The notes under the pieces were generated by a model. The model saw only the letters and a program-made list of their open reading frames with translations, did no database searches and was not told where the DNA came from. A DNA stretch of 64,000 nucleotides from an uncultured Pseudomonadales bacterium (lineage in GTDB: Bacteria > Patescibacteriota > Microgenomatia > UBA1400 > UBA1396): the NCBI GenBank assembly GCA_964511175.1, contig CAZEEI010000001.1, forward strand, positions 23,216 to 87,215, read 5' to 3'. Positions within the stretch are counted from its first letter, which is position 1; each line of letters starts with the position of its first letter. A program made the position numbers and the translations under genes. Positions 36,150 to 46,149 of this stretch are shown in pieces.

Positions 36150-36937
36150 TGCGCGTTGAGTCACCGACCTACTTTTTACGTTTAGGGATAGTTGTGGCTG
36201 TATCGGTGGCCTTTTTGTTGGGCCAACAGGGCGGCTTGGTCGGACCGCTCCGCGGCCTAATCATGATCAGCTTGCGGCCTGGCTGGGCGGCAGCACAGGC
36301 TTACGCGCAAATCAGACAAACCGTTTACGCCGATTGGCTGTTTTTGACCCAAGGGGGCAGCCGTCTCGCCGCCGCCGAACACGAACTAGCGCGTCAGCAG
36401 GTAGCAGCAGAAGTAGTAGCCGAACTAACTAAAGAAAATGCATTATTGCGTCAAGAGTTGGGTAGAGTAGTGCCTGAGCAGGCCATCTACCGTTTCTATG
36501 GCGGTGGTACCAATTGGTTTATTGACGGTGGTTGTCGTCAGGGAGTGCAACCTGGGGCACCAGTTCTCTACGAAGGGGCACTAGTCGGGCAGATTGATAA
36601 AGTAGAAGCCAACTTTAGTAGTGTCCAAACTATTATGGATCGTAGCTTCCGTTTACCGGTAGAGGTGGGTACAGCTTCAGCTCAGGGCCTATTTATGGTG
36701 TCGCGTGGTGCACCGGAAGTATCGCAATTAGCCGCCGACCAACCTCTATCAACCGGCGACCAAGTGATTAGCTTAGGTTTTGCCCAAGTACCACCCCACT
36801 TAATACTAGGCAAAGTCACCATTATTCAAACTGAAGCTGGTACCGGTATGGCGCGGGCGATTGTGGAACCCACTTTCTCACCGGCAGCTATATCCTGGGT
36901 GCGGGTGCCGCGCGAAAAGGATCAAACGTGTTTTTAA
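36149..36937 (+). CDS. mreC: Rod shape protein MreC
   Basis: TM, LTKENALLRQEL, IDGG..QGV..G.PV...GALVGQI. Confidence 0.85.
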   Translation: MRVESPTYFLRLGIVVAVSVAFLLGQQGGLVGPLRGLIMISLRPGWAAAQAYAQIRQTVYADWLFLTQGGSRLAAAEHELARQQVAAEVVAELTKENALLRQELGRVVPEQAIYRFYGGGTNWFIDGGCRQGVQPGAPVLYEGALVGQIDKVEANFSSVQTIMDRSFRLPVEVGTASAQGLFMVSRGAPEVSQLAADQPLSTGDQVISLGFAQVPPHLILGKVTIIQTEAGTGMARAIVEPTFSPAAISWVRVPREKDQTCF

Positions 36938-37383
36938 AAACTTGGCACCAATACTACTCGACTATGCGCCGACCCTTCTTGTTGGTGGTCGGTTTATGGT
37001 TGGTTTTGCCGTCGGCGGTAATTTTTGGTTGGCCCGTTTTGCTCTGGTGGATGGCCCGCCTACTGAGTCGATCGGCCGGTTCTTGGTTGACGGTTTTTCT
37101 GGTAATAGTCCTTGGTTTGCAGACCGATTTGTTAACTCAGCAACCGCTGGGTGTGGACATTTTGCTGTTTGGCGGTACTTTAGCCTGGTTGGAATTGTGG
37201 CAGCCTAGTGCCGTAGATTGGCGCGCGCCACTGGGCGATGTGGTTTGGGGCGGTATTTTTAGCAGTATCTTCTTTCTAATCAACCATACATTGGTTTGGT
37301 CCCGCTGGTGGCCGCAAATGATGATCCTAGTCGGGGTCAATTTAATAACGGGGGGCCTGACACTGTGGTGGCGAAGAAAATAA
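36928..37383 (+). CDS. mreD: MreD-like membrane protein
   Basis: Hydrophobic, GLQTDLLTQQPLG; between mreC and PBP2. Confidence 0.68.
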   Translation: MFLKTWHQYYSTMRRPFLLVVGLWLVLPSAVIFGWPVLLWWMARLLSRSAGSWLTVFLVIVLGLQTDLLTQQPLGVDILLFGGTLAWLELWQPSAVDWRAPLGDVVWGGIFSSIFFLINHTLVWSRWWPQMMILVGVNLITGGLTLWWRRK

Positions 37384-39026
37384 GCCTAGGCTTTGGTTGC
37401 GTTATTAGTGTGTTATGGCTAGTGCTGATAGCGCGCGCCGTTTGGCTACTGAGCCAACATGATCACTACTTACGTTTAGCCGAAAGAAACCGTTTATTGC
37501 GACAAATTATCCGGGCACCGCGGGGTTTAATTAGCGATCGGCAAGGAGTAATTTTAGCCGGTAATGAATTACACTATAGCGAGGTCAAGACAGTGGATGG
37601 CGAACTGCGGGAATATCCCTTAACCAAAGAGGCAGCTCTACCATTACTAGCCACCGCCCCAGCTAGTGTGCGTACTAGTTACCAGCGCACCTATCCCTTA
37701 GGACCAATTACGTCTCAACTAGTTGGTTATGTTGACCAACCAGCCGATTCGGAAGCGGTTATTACTGGGCGTACCGGAATCGAACACCTCAAACAAACTC
37801 AACTGGCCGGACAGGACGGGATAGCAGTTTATGAGCGCAATGCTTTGGGTCAGGCCACCCGCATCTTGCGCCAACAAGCAGCTGTGAAAGGGGAAGACCA
37901 GTCGCTTACTATTGATGCTGAACTGTCACAGGTGGCCTGGGAAGCTCTAGGTAAGCACCGCGGTGCCGTAATTGTGAGTGTTCCCCAAACCGGCGAAATT
38001 CTCACCGCCATTAGCAGTCCCAGTTTTATTCCCGAGATAAATCCCAGTCAGGCAGTAATCGATCAGTGGTCGGCTGATCGTAATATCGGTAAGGTAGCTC
38101 CTAGCCTGGTAGCAGCACTGGATTGGCCGGACAATCCCTTTCTTTACCGGCCACTGGCGGCGCAGTATCCGCCCGGTTCGATTTTCAAAATAGTAACGGC
38201 CTTAGCCGGTTTGGAGTACGACGCCATTACTGCGGATACTCAAGTGCGTGACGAGGGTGTCCTTAAAGTAGGTGACTTTCAGTACACCAACTGGTACTGG
38301 AATCAGTACGGTCGAGTGGAAGGAGACATTGCCGTGGTGCGGGCTCTGGCTCGCAGTAACGATATTTTTTTCTATAAAGTGGCGGAGTGGGTGGGGCCGG
38401 AGCGCTTAGCCCAGTTTGCCCGGCTACTGGCTTTGGGTCAGCGCACTCAGCACGTTCTGAGTGGCGAACGCGCCGGTTTGGTGCCAGATCCAGGCTGGAA
38501 ACAACTGCATTTTGGTGAATCCTGGTATTTAGGCAACACCTATCACATGGGTATTGGCCAGGGCGATGTGCTAACCACGCCCTTGCAGTTATCGGTACTC
38601 CTCAGTACGGTAGCCGCCCGCGGGCGGCGCTGCGAACCGCGTTTTCTATTGAATCAGCTCAGCTCCTGTGCCGAAGTTTCTTTGGATAGTGACTCACTAG
38701 CGCTGGTGGTACAGGGTTTGCGCCAAGTTTGCAGTGCTGGCGGCACGGCTTTTCCTTTTTTTACTACACCTTATGACGTTATGGGTAAAACCGGAACAGC
38801 GGAGTTTGGCGCTCCAGATGAAGAAGGCCAGCGTCCCACCCATGGTTGGTTTACGGTAGCGGCCAGCCATCGCGATCGTCAGCCGCCGGACACACCTGAT
38901 TTCACTGCCGAAATAGTAGTGACGGTGTTAATTGAATCGGACGAAATTAAAATTTTTCAGGAAGGATCCGGCGATGCCGCACCGGTAGCCAAAACAATTC
39001 TCGACTGGTGGTACCAAAATCGGTAA
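37368..39026 (+). CDS. mrdA: Class B penicillin-binding protein (PBP2)
   Basis: APRGLISDRQG, RTYP, PPGSIFK (SxxK), SND, GKTGTAE. Confidence 0.92.
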   Translation: MAKKISLGFGCVISVLWLVLIARAVWLLSQHDHYLRLAERNRLLRQIIRAPRGLISDRQGVILAGNELHYSEVKTVDGELREYPLTKEAALPLLATAPASVRTSYQRTYPLGPITSQLVGYVDQPADSEAVITGRTGIEHLKQTQLAGQDGIAVYERNALGQATRILRQQAAVKGEDQSLTIDAELSQVAWEALGKHRGAVIVSVPQTGEILTAISSPSFIPEINPSQAVIDQWSADRNIGKVAPSLVAALDWPDNPFLYRPLAAQYPPGSIFKIVTALAGLEYDAITADTQVRDEGVLKVGDFQYTNWYWNQYGRVEGDIAVVRALARSNDIFFYKVAEWVGPERLAQFARLLALGQRTQHVLSGERAGLVPDPGWKQLHFGESWYLGNTYHMGIGQGDVLTTPLQLSVLLSTVAARGRRCEPRFLLNQLSSCAEVSLDSDSLALVVQGLRQVCSAGGTAFPFFTTPYDVMGKTGTAEFGAPDEEGQRPTHGWFTVAASHRDRQPPDTPDFTAEIVVTVLIESDEIKIFQEGSGDAAPVAKTILDWWYQNR

Positions 39027-39063
39027 GAATTGAGTCAGATTTGCAGCTTACAGTTAAGTAAGT

Positions 39064-40242
39064 ATGGCAAAAATTACCCAACGCGATCTGGCGATTATTT
39101 TGCGCTCAGCTTATCCGGCTTCTTTTTGGACAGTACGCACATTGGTTGCCTTGGCTGAGCGGCATGGTGCCGAACAAGTTGATCGCTGGTGGCAAAACGG
39201 TCAGGTTGAAGTTTTTCGCCAGGGCTGCGTTGATTTATTGACCAAAAATGCGCTTACCGAAACTTTAGCACAGCGTGAACTCACCCGTTTAAACCATTTT
39301 TTTCAACAACAACGTTGGCAATCTTTGGCAACACTGCAGAAATATTGGCACCGGCAAAACCAACTTTTGGCTCGCCGCGGCATTATTATCACTACCTTTT
39401 TTGATCCAAATTGGCCGATTCGCTTAAACGAATTGGTGGAGCCGCCTAGCGTTTTATGGAGCACGCGCCCCTTAGCTCCATTACTGGATCGTCCTTGTTT
39501 GGCGGTAGTGGGGACGCGTTCGCTGACTTATTATGGCCGCCGTGCGGCGACTTATTTTGGCAGGGTTTTAGGCGGCGACTACGGTATAACGATTGTATCT
39601 GGTTGTGCGCGGGGAGCTGATTGGACAACCCAAGCGGCGGCCTTGCGCGCCGGCGGGCAGAGCATTGGTTTATTAGGTTGTGGCATCACTTACCCGCCGG
39701 CGCGCTGTCAGGAAGTACCCGCTGATTCCCGGTTGGCGCTAGTTTCCGAGTTTGCTCCTTTTTCCCATAGTGCCAAATGGTATTTTCCCTTCCGCAACCG
39801 CTTAATTGCCGGCTTAGCCCAAAGTGTGCTAGTGATTGAAGCCGGGGAACATAGCGGCAGTTTTATCACTATCCAAGCCGCGCGCGAGCAAAACAAAACG
39901 GTAATGATCCTCAGTCAGCCTTTTTTTAATGACAACACTCATGCTCTCCAGGCTTTGGCTGGTGAGGGTAGCGCCCGTGTAGTGGTGCGTCCGGAGAATG
40001 TTTTGGAAGAGTTGGGTATCAAAGGTAAATCTGGTCAGCCGCTACCAACTCTCCCAAAAGTTTTGGTTTTGGCTCAAAATGAAGCCGAACAACAAGCACT
40101 TACCGCACTCTACCAACGCGGCGGTCAAGCTTTTGCTAGTGATTTATCCGCCTGGAAACAGGCCTGTCTTAGCCTGGAAGCACGCGGCTTAATTAGCGAA
40201 CAACTAGGTGTCTATCAGCTTTCAGGTATGATACAGTCTTAA
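39064..40242 (+). CDS. dprA: DNA processing protein DprA
   Basis: AVVGTRSLTYYG, IVSGCARGAD, FPFRNRLIAGL, EAGEHSGSFIT. Confidence 0.92.
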   Translation: MAKITQRDLAIILRSAYPASFWTVRTLVALAERHGAEQVDRWWQNGQVEVFRQGCVDLLTKNALTETLAQRELTRLNHFFQQQRWQSLATLQKYWHRQNQLLARRGIIITTFFDPNWPIRLNELVEPPSVLWSTRPLAPLLDRPCLAVVGTRSLTYYGRRAATYFGRVLGGDYGITIVSGCARGADWTTQAAALRAGGQSIGLLGCGITYPPARCQEVPADSRLALVSEFAPFSHSAKWYFPFRNRLIAGLAQSVLVIEAGEHSGSFITIQAAREQNKTVMILSQPFFNDNTHALQALAGEGSARVVVRPENVLEELGIKGKSGQPLPTLPKVLVLAQNEAEQQALTALYQRGGQAFASDLSAWKQACLSLEARGLISEQLGVYQLSGMIQS

Positions 40243-40245
40243 TTT

Positions 40246-42321
40246 ATGAACCTCGTTGTTGTGGAATCACCAACTAAAGCGAAAAAACTTTCCCAATATT
40301 TGGGCAGTGATTTTGTGGTTGAAGCCTCGCGCGGCCACGTGCGTGACTTGCCCAAAAGCAAATTAGGAGTCGATGTCGAAGCCAATTTTCAACCCACTTA
40401 CCAACCACTGCATGGTTCGGCGGGAATTATTAAAAAATTAGGTAGCCTGGCCAAAAAGGCTGACCAACTTTATTTGGCCACCGACCCGGACCGGGAAGGG
40501 GAGGCGATTGCCTGGCACTTGTTGGAAGCTTGGGATAACGCCAAACTGAGGCAAAAAGCGCGGCGCGCCGTGTTCCACGAAATTACCAAAGAAGCGGTAC
40601 TTACCGCCATTGCCAAGCCGCAAGACCTCAACCTTGATTTGGTAGACGCGCAACAGGCGCGCCGCGTGCTGGATCGGTTGGTGGGTTACAAACTATCACC
40701 AGTTTTATGGAAGAAGGTTCGCCGCGGTTTATCGGCTGGCCGGGTGCAATCAGTAGCTCTGCGCCTGATTGTGGAACGTGAACTGGAAATCGAGGCTTTC
40801 CAGCCAGAAGAGTATTGGGAAGTCGATTTAGAACTCAGTGCCGGTAAAAATAACTTTTTGGCACGTGTCGTAGAGTTTAATGGCCAACCCTTTGCACCCA
40901 AACAACAGACCGATGTGGAGAAAGTAACCAGCTGGGTTCGGCAGGGAATATATTTAGTCGAAAGCAACGAAAAAAAACAGCGCTCGCGCCGTCCTTTTGC
41001 ACCATTTACCACTTCAACCTTACAACAGGCAGCCGCTAACCGTCTGGGGTACAGTGCCAAACGGACGATGCAATTAGCGCAACAGCTTTATGAAGAGGGT
41101 TGGATTACTTACCACCGTACTGACTCAACCGCTTTGTCTGGGCAGGCTCTCAATTTAGCGCGTACTTACATCGAAAAAGAATATGGCGCGCGGTACCTGC
41201 CGGAAAAACCCAACTTTTTCGCTACTAAGAGCAAAAATGCCCAGGAAGCACACGAAGCGATTCGTCCCACTAGCGCTCAGCCCAAGCTTGGTGAAAATGG
41301 TAAGTTTTCCGGTCCACACGCCAAGCTTTACGACCTTATTTTCCGCCGGTTTATCGCCAGCCAGATGTCGTTGGCACTGTACGATCAGACCACTATCACC
41401 ATCAAAGGCTCGGCGGACAAGCAACACCTGCGTGCTCGCGTCACCGGCTCCATTGTGTTGCACGATGGTTGGACAAAATTATTCCCCGGTGGTGAAGACG
41501 TAATTTTGCCAGACATTAAACCGGAAGATCCGTTGGATTTTCAGCGGGTCGAAGCTGCCCAGAAATTTACCCAACCGCCACCGCGTTTTAATGATGCTTC
41601 ACTAGTCAAAGAGCTGGAGAAGCGGGGGATTGGTCGGCCTAGTACTTATGCTTCGATCATTTCGGTCATTATCGACCGCGGCTACGTGGAACGGGAAAAC
41701 AAGGCTTTTCGACCTACTTTAGTGGGACGGACGGTGATTAAATTCCTTAATCAGAACTTTCCAGAAATTATCGATTACAACTTTACCGCCAACATGGAAG
41801 ACGATTTGGACGAAATTGCTTTAGGTCATAAAAAATGGCAGGCAGTAATAACGGCTTTTTATGATCCTTTTGCTACTAAGTTAGCTAAAGTAGAAAAAGA
41901 AGCGGAGCGTTTGCCGGTACCGTTGGAGCCGCTCAATCAATCCTGTCCCAAGTGCGGTGTCGACGAAGCAACCTGGAAAAAACTAACCGATCAATACCAA
42001 ACGCTGGCCAGCCTGACTCCAGCTCAACGCGATGCTATCAAACCGCGGGAAAGTGAACATGGGGAGTTAGTAATACGAATGGGCCGCTTTGGTAAGTTTA
42101 TTTCCTGTTCCCGTTATCCGGACTGCGAGTACACCGACAAATACCTCGAATCGATCGATATGTCCTGTCCGCAGTGTGGCGAGGGTGAAGTAGTGGTAAA
42201 AAAGACGAAGAAGGGGCGGACCTTTTACGGTTGCTCCCGTTATCCGGATTGCGATTTTGCCAGTTGGAACAAACCTAAACCAGCCAAAGACCAAGAGACC
42301 CAAACCAAGGCAGAAGCATGA
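40246..42321 (+). CDS. topA: DNA topoisomerase I with Zn ribbons
   Basis: VVESPTKAK, ATDPDREGEAI, SAGRVQS, ITYHRTDS, GIGRPSTYA. Confidence 0.98.
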   Translation: MNLVVVESPTKAKKLSQYLGSDFVVEASRGHVRDLPKSKLGVDVEANFQPTYQPLHGSAGIIKKLGSLAKKADQLYLATDPDREGEAIAWHLLEAWDNAKLRQKARRAVFHEITKEAVLTAIAKPQDLNLDLVDAQQARRVLDRLVGYKLSPVLWKKVRRGLSAGRVQSVALRLIVERELEIEAFQPEEYWEVDLELSAGKNNFLARVVEFNGQPFAPKQQTDVEKVTSWVRQGIYLVESNEKKQRSRRPFAPFTTSTLQQAAANRLGYSAKRTMQLAQQLYEEGWITYHRTDSTALSGQALNLARTYIEKEYGARYLPEKPNFFATKSKNAQEAHEAIRPTSAQPKLGENGKFSGPHAKLYDLIFRRFIASQMSLALYDQTTITIKGSADKQHLRARVTGSIVLHDGWTKLFPGGEDVILPDIKPEDPLDFQRVEAAQKFTQPPPRFNDASLVKELEKRGIGRPSTYASIISVIIDRGYVERENKAFRPTLVGRTVIKFLNQNFPEIIDYNFTANMEDDLDEIALGHKKWQAVITAFYDPFATKLAKVEKEAERLPVPLEPLNQSCPKCGVDEATWKKLTDQYQTLASLTPAQRDAIKPRESEHGELVIRMGRFGKFISCSRYPDCEYTDKYLESIDMSCPQCGEGEVVVKKTKKGRTFYGCSRYPDCDFASWNKPKPAKDQETQTKAEA

Positions 42322-42881
42322 TGTACTCGGACACTGATATTTTACAGGCGATCAAATCCGGTGAATTAGTCATTGAGCCGCTGCAGCGGCGGCATATATC
42401 TGGTGCTACGGTTGACTTAACCCTACATCCGCGGTTCCGTGTTTTTCATACTACCCACTTAACCCACATCGATGTCAAAAAAGAATTTGACGTTACCGAA
42501 CCGGTCGAAGTAGCCGCCGACGGTTCGTTTATTCTGCACCCAGGTGAGTTTGTTTTAGGCAGTGTAGCGGAGAAAATAACGCTTTCCGCTAAACTAGCCG
42601 CCATCATTGAGGGCCGCTCCAGTTTGGGGCGAATTGGCCTCATTGTGCACGCCACCGCCTCTTTGGTAGAGCCTAACTGGAGCGGCCCGCTCACTTTGGA
42701 AATGAGCAACATTAGCAGTTTGCCGATCAAGCTTTACGCTGGCATGCGGATCGCTAAATTAGCGGTGATCGAATTAAAATCGCCAGCTAGTGACCGGTAC
42801 AATGCCCAGGCTAAATACCAAAATCAGGAAGCGCCCACACCTTCCCGGATTTGGCAGGATTTCCAGCCGCAGCAGGATTGA
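42318..42881 (+). CDS. dcd: dCTP deaminase
   Basis: LHPGEFVLG, GRSSLGRIGL, LTLEMSN, KYQNQ. Confidence 0.93.
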   Translation: MMYSDTDILQAIKSGELVIEPLQRRHISGATVDLTLHPRFRVFHTTHLTHIDVKKEFDVTEPVEVAADGSFILHPGEFVLGSVAEKITLSAKLAAIIEGRSSLGRIGLIVHATASLVEPNWSGPLTLEMSNISSLPIKLYAGMRIAKLAVIELKSPASDRYNAQAKYQNQEAPTPSRIWQDFQPQQD

Positions 42882-42900
42882 GGCTCGGGGCTGGTTGGGT

Positions 42901-43004
42901 ATATTAAAAACTGTTTTTTGTCATTTTGTACAAAATCGACGGTTAACTTGTACAACAACCTGGCCTAAATTGTACAAAAGAGCAGAAACGTGTTTTTGAA
43001 ATAT
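42901..43004. repeat. TTGTACAA inverted-repeat element, copy B (three boxes, 22-bp period)
   Basis: TTGTACAA at 42926, 42948, 42970; ATATT(T/A)..AAAAC-type ends. Confidence 0.8.
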
Positions 43005-43013
43005 AGGGGGACT

Positions 43014-43448
43014 ATGAATAAAATCAAACTTCGCATCAAATTATTCGACACTAGTTTACCCGTGCCGGCCTACCAAACGCCCGGTTCAGTTGGTTTTGAT
43101 TTGTATGCTCGCGAGGAAACCATTATTCCGCCTGGTGAGATTAGGTTAGTGCCGCTGAACATTGCTATTGAACTGCCGCCCCAGCACTGGGCTTTGCTGG
43201 CGGCGCGCTCCTCGCTCCAGAAAAAAGGGCTAATTTTAGCTAATGGCATTGGGGTGGGGGACAGTGATTACTGCGGCGATAACGACGAGTACCGTGCCGC
43301 CCTCTGGAATCATAGTACGACTGGCGTAATCATTGCCAAGGGCGAGCGCATTGTCCAAATGTTAATTTTGCCTTACACGCGGCCAGAGTTCGGGTTAGTT
43401 ACGCATTTAGGCCACACTGATCGAGGTGGTTTTGGCAGCACTAATTAG
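43014..43448 (+). CDS. dut: Trimeric dUTPase
   Basis: GFDL, ARSSL, GVGDSDYCG, GERIVQ, RGGFGST. Confidence 0.95.
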   Translation: MNKIKLRIKLFDTSLPVPAYQTPGSVGFDLYAREETIIPPGEIRLVPLNIAIELPPQHWALLAARSSLQKKGLILANGIGVGDSDYCGDNDEYRAALWNHSTTGVIIAKGERIVQMLILPYTRPEFGLVTHLGHTDRGGFGSTN

Positions 43449-43593
43449 TAAAGTTTCCCGCAAAAACTGCTGGTAAAAATGCTTTTAACGGATGCATTCG
43501 TGTTCTGTTTGTGACGTGCTAGTTTGATGTGGTTGACGCCCTTTAGGACAACATTTAGCGTAAGGGAGTAGGCAATTCACCTACAGCTAGTGT

Positions 43594-44628
43594 ATGAACA
43601 GTTTAAATCCAGAAAATCGTCGTCGCCAAGTTAGGCTGGCTTTAGCCACCCAAGCACAATGGGAAAGTGATCGTGGCTTTGCCAATCATCATAGTTTGGA
43701 GGAATTAGAAATTGCGGAAGACCTACCCGCTTTGGAGAAACTGCCTATCGAGGGTATTCTAGCCACTATTCTTGATGAATTTTTAGAGCTATATGAAGCG
43801 ATCATTCATCCCGAACCTAAAGAGGCAGAGCTATTAGAGCTAGCCGACGCCGCCGCCTTTGCTTTACGACTTTACGCGGAGTTACTGAAAGTTCGTGACG
43901 AACGGGGAGCCACTTACTCCCAAGCCGAATTTCGACAGATGACTCAATTAGTATCCCAGGCTATGCTGGCAGGAGAAGTGGTAGAGTTTGCCAATATTGA
44001 ACGAAGTATGTCGGAAAAAGACACTATTCTCACCGACCTGCGACAATTGATGACCGTGGTCTTGAAAACCTATTGTCATTTGGTTGGTATTGAGATACCG
44101 GAGGCCGAGTTAGTGGCTATAGTCGAAGACGTTGGTAACATTGCGGGCGCCTTATTACTGGAAGGTGGGGAAATAACAAAATTAGTGAGAGCGAGTTTAC
44201 TTCAATTGATGCTAAGACCGATTGTTCAGGCTAGTCCTGACGGGCATGCCACCGTAGTTAATCCCCAAGCTTCGGAGGAGGTGATGCTTGATGCCTACGC
44301 GGCAATCGAAGAGTTTGCCCGCAAACATTATGGTTACGAAAACTTATGGCTGCTGGTGGGCTCACTTTATTCGCCGCCGGTTGGTAAAAATGTTTTAAAT
44401 TATCCTTATCCTTTGCCTGAAGGTGTGGATTCTTATCGTGAATTTAAGTTAATACGTAATCATTTCCCAGGCAGAGTGATTCCTTTAGATTATGATGTTT
44501 ATCGAGATACTCCTCAGGCCTACATTCGACGCTGGGAATTCAATCATCCTGGCCAAAGCTTTACTACTGATTTTATGATTCAAGCCAGAATACCCAATTT
44601 TGATAGTATTGCTGCCGAATTGCGATAA
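43594..44628 (+). CDS. Hypothetical protein with a possible MazG-like all-alpha NTP-PPase motif
   Basis: ILDEFLELYEAI...ELLELADAAAFAL; lies between dut and tmk. Confidence 0.55.
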   Translation: MNSLNPENRRRQVRLALATQAQWESDRGFANHHSLEELEIAEDLPALEKLPIEGILATILDEFLELYEAIIHPEPKEAELLELADAAAFALRLYAELLKVRDERGATYSQAEFRQMTQLVSQAMLAGEVVEFANIERSMSEKDTILTDLRQLMTVVLKTYCHLVGIEIPEAELVAIVEDVGNIAGALLLEGGEITKLVRASLLQLMLRPIVQASPDGHATVVNPQASEEVMLDAYAAIEEFARKHYGYENLWLLVGSLYSPPVGKNVLNYPYPLPEGVDSYREFKLIRNHFPGRVIPLDYDVYRDTPQAYIRRWEFNHPGQSFTTDFMIQARIPNFDSIAAELR

Positions 44629-44653
44629 GCTATTAGCAGCAGGAAGGTAACTT

Positions 44654-45301
44654 ATGAATCAACATCCAGATCACCAAGGTTGGCTAATTTCCTTTGAGGG
44701 CGGCGAGGGTGCCGGTAAATCGGTGCAGATTAAGTTACTGCGGGATCACTTGCATTCTTGCGGCCAAGACGTGGTGGTTTTGCGCGAGCCAGGTGGTACG
44801 ACCATTTCTGAACAGATCCGTGAGGTAGTGCTTTCGGCCAAAAACGTGGGTATTGCTTACACTACGGAGGTGTTATTGTTCCAAGCAGCCCGCGCCCAAC
44901 TGTACCGCGAAATTGTTTTACCGAGTCTACAGGTAGGCAAAATTGTGTTAATGGACCGAACGCGCGACTCTTCCGTGGTGTACCAGGGTATGGTGCGCGG
45001 TTTTGGGGTAGATTTAATCGAACAGCTCAACAACATTTCTACCGAAAGCACCTATCCCGATATTACCTTTCTGCTCAATGTTACGCCGGAAGTCGGCCTG
45101 GAACGACGCCACGGTACCGATAAAATGGATCGTTTAGACATGGAGTCACGTGATTTCCACGAGAGCGTGCGCCAAGCTTATTTACAAGTAGCCGAACAAG
45201 ATACGCGTGGCCGGTGGGTAGTGGTTGACGCCGATCGCTCCATTGAGTCTATGGAAGCAGACATTTGGAAAGAAGTGCACCGCCGGGGAGTGTGCGCTTG
45301 A
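44654..45301 (+). CDS. tmk: Thymidylate kinase
   Basis: FEGGEGAGKS, REPGGT, DR...SSVVYQG. Confidence 0.96.
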   Translation: MNQHPDHQGWLISFEGGEGAGKSVQIKLLRDHLHSCGQDVVVLREPGGTTISEQIREVVLSAKNVGIAYTTEVLLFQAARAQLYREIVLPSLQVGKIVLMDRTRDSSVVYQGMVRGFGVDLIEQLNNISTESTYPDITFLLNVTPEVGLERRHGTDKMDRLDMESRDFHESVRQAYLQVAEQDTRGRWVVVDADRSIESMEADIWKEVHRRGVCA

Positions 45302-46149
45302 GGCGCATCGGGGCGCATTTAACATCAGCCGGCGGGCCAGAACGCGCGGTGGATCGTGCCTTAGCCATTGGTGCTGATTGTTTGCAGATTTTTTCTGGGT
45401 CGCCGCGGGCGTGGGCCCGCCGGCCGCTGCACGAGGATGGGTTAAGATCTTTCCAAAAATACAGTTTAGAACATGATATTCGGCCAATCTTCGTACACGC
45501 TTTATATTTAGTGAACCTAGCAAGCGACCAAACAGAACTTGTGCAAAAGTCGGTAAAAGTATTGATTCATGATTTAAAGTTTGGGGCAGGTTTTAATTCG
45601 GCCGGGGTAGTAGTCCATCTAGGTTCCCATCAGGGGAGGGGTTGGCTGGCTGTCAGAGAGAATGTTGCTTTGCTAATTAAAAAAATCATCGACGAAGCCG
45701 CAGCTGATACGCCATTTTTAATCGAAAACTCAGCCGGCCAAAACGGTAAACTCTGTTCCGATCTAAGCGAAGTTCGTTGGTTGCTAGATACGGTGGCGCG
45801 GCCCAGCCTAGGCTGGTGCTACGACACCTGCCACGGCTGGGCCGCGGGTTACTACGCCTCCCAACCACAGTTAGGCGGCAAAAACTTATTAACAGAAGTG
45901 GATCGGTTAGAACTTTGGCCAACTTTGCGTTGTCTTCACGTCAATGATTCGCGTGATCCCTTCGGCGATGGGCGCGACCGGCACGATAATATCGGCAAAG
46001 GACAGATCGACTTGACGGAGTTTAAGATGCTGTTAAATCATGCCCAAGCACAAGAGATACCGATTATTACGGAAGCGCCAGGCTTGGATGGCAATGGACC
46101 TGATAGCTATAATCTAGAAGAAATTAAAAAACTAGTTAGCGTCGTTTAG
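45298..46149 (+). CDS. nfo: Endonuclease IV
   Basis: IGAH, QIFSGSPR, HALYLVNLAS, VVHLGS, IENSAG, DTCH, HVNDS, DRHDNIG. Confidence 0.95.
   Translation: MRRIGAHLTSAGGPERAVDRALAIGADCLQIFSGSPRAWARRPLHEDGLRSFQKYSLEHDIRPIFVHALYLVNLASDQTELVQKSVKVLIHDLKFGAGFNSAGVVVHLGSHQGRGWLAVRENVALLIKKIIDEAAADTPFLIENSAGQNGKLCSDLSEVRWLLDTVARPSLGWCYDTCHGWAAGYYASQPQLGGKNLLTEVDRLELWPTLRCLHVNDSRDPFGDGRDRHDNIGKGQIDLTEFKMLLNHAQAQEIPIITEAPGLDGNGPDSYNLEEIKKLVSVV

Noticed and set aside
42901-43004. CRISPR mini-array or Gateway attB1 contamination for the TTGTACAA boxes
   Set aside because: Repeats of 8 bp with 14-bp spacers are too short for CRISPR; the flanks do not match attB1 and the elements recur in native intergenic positions.
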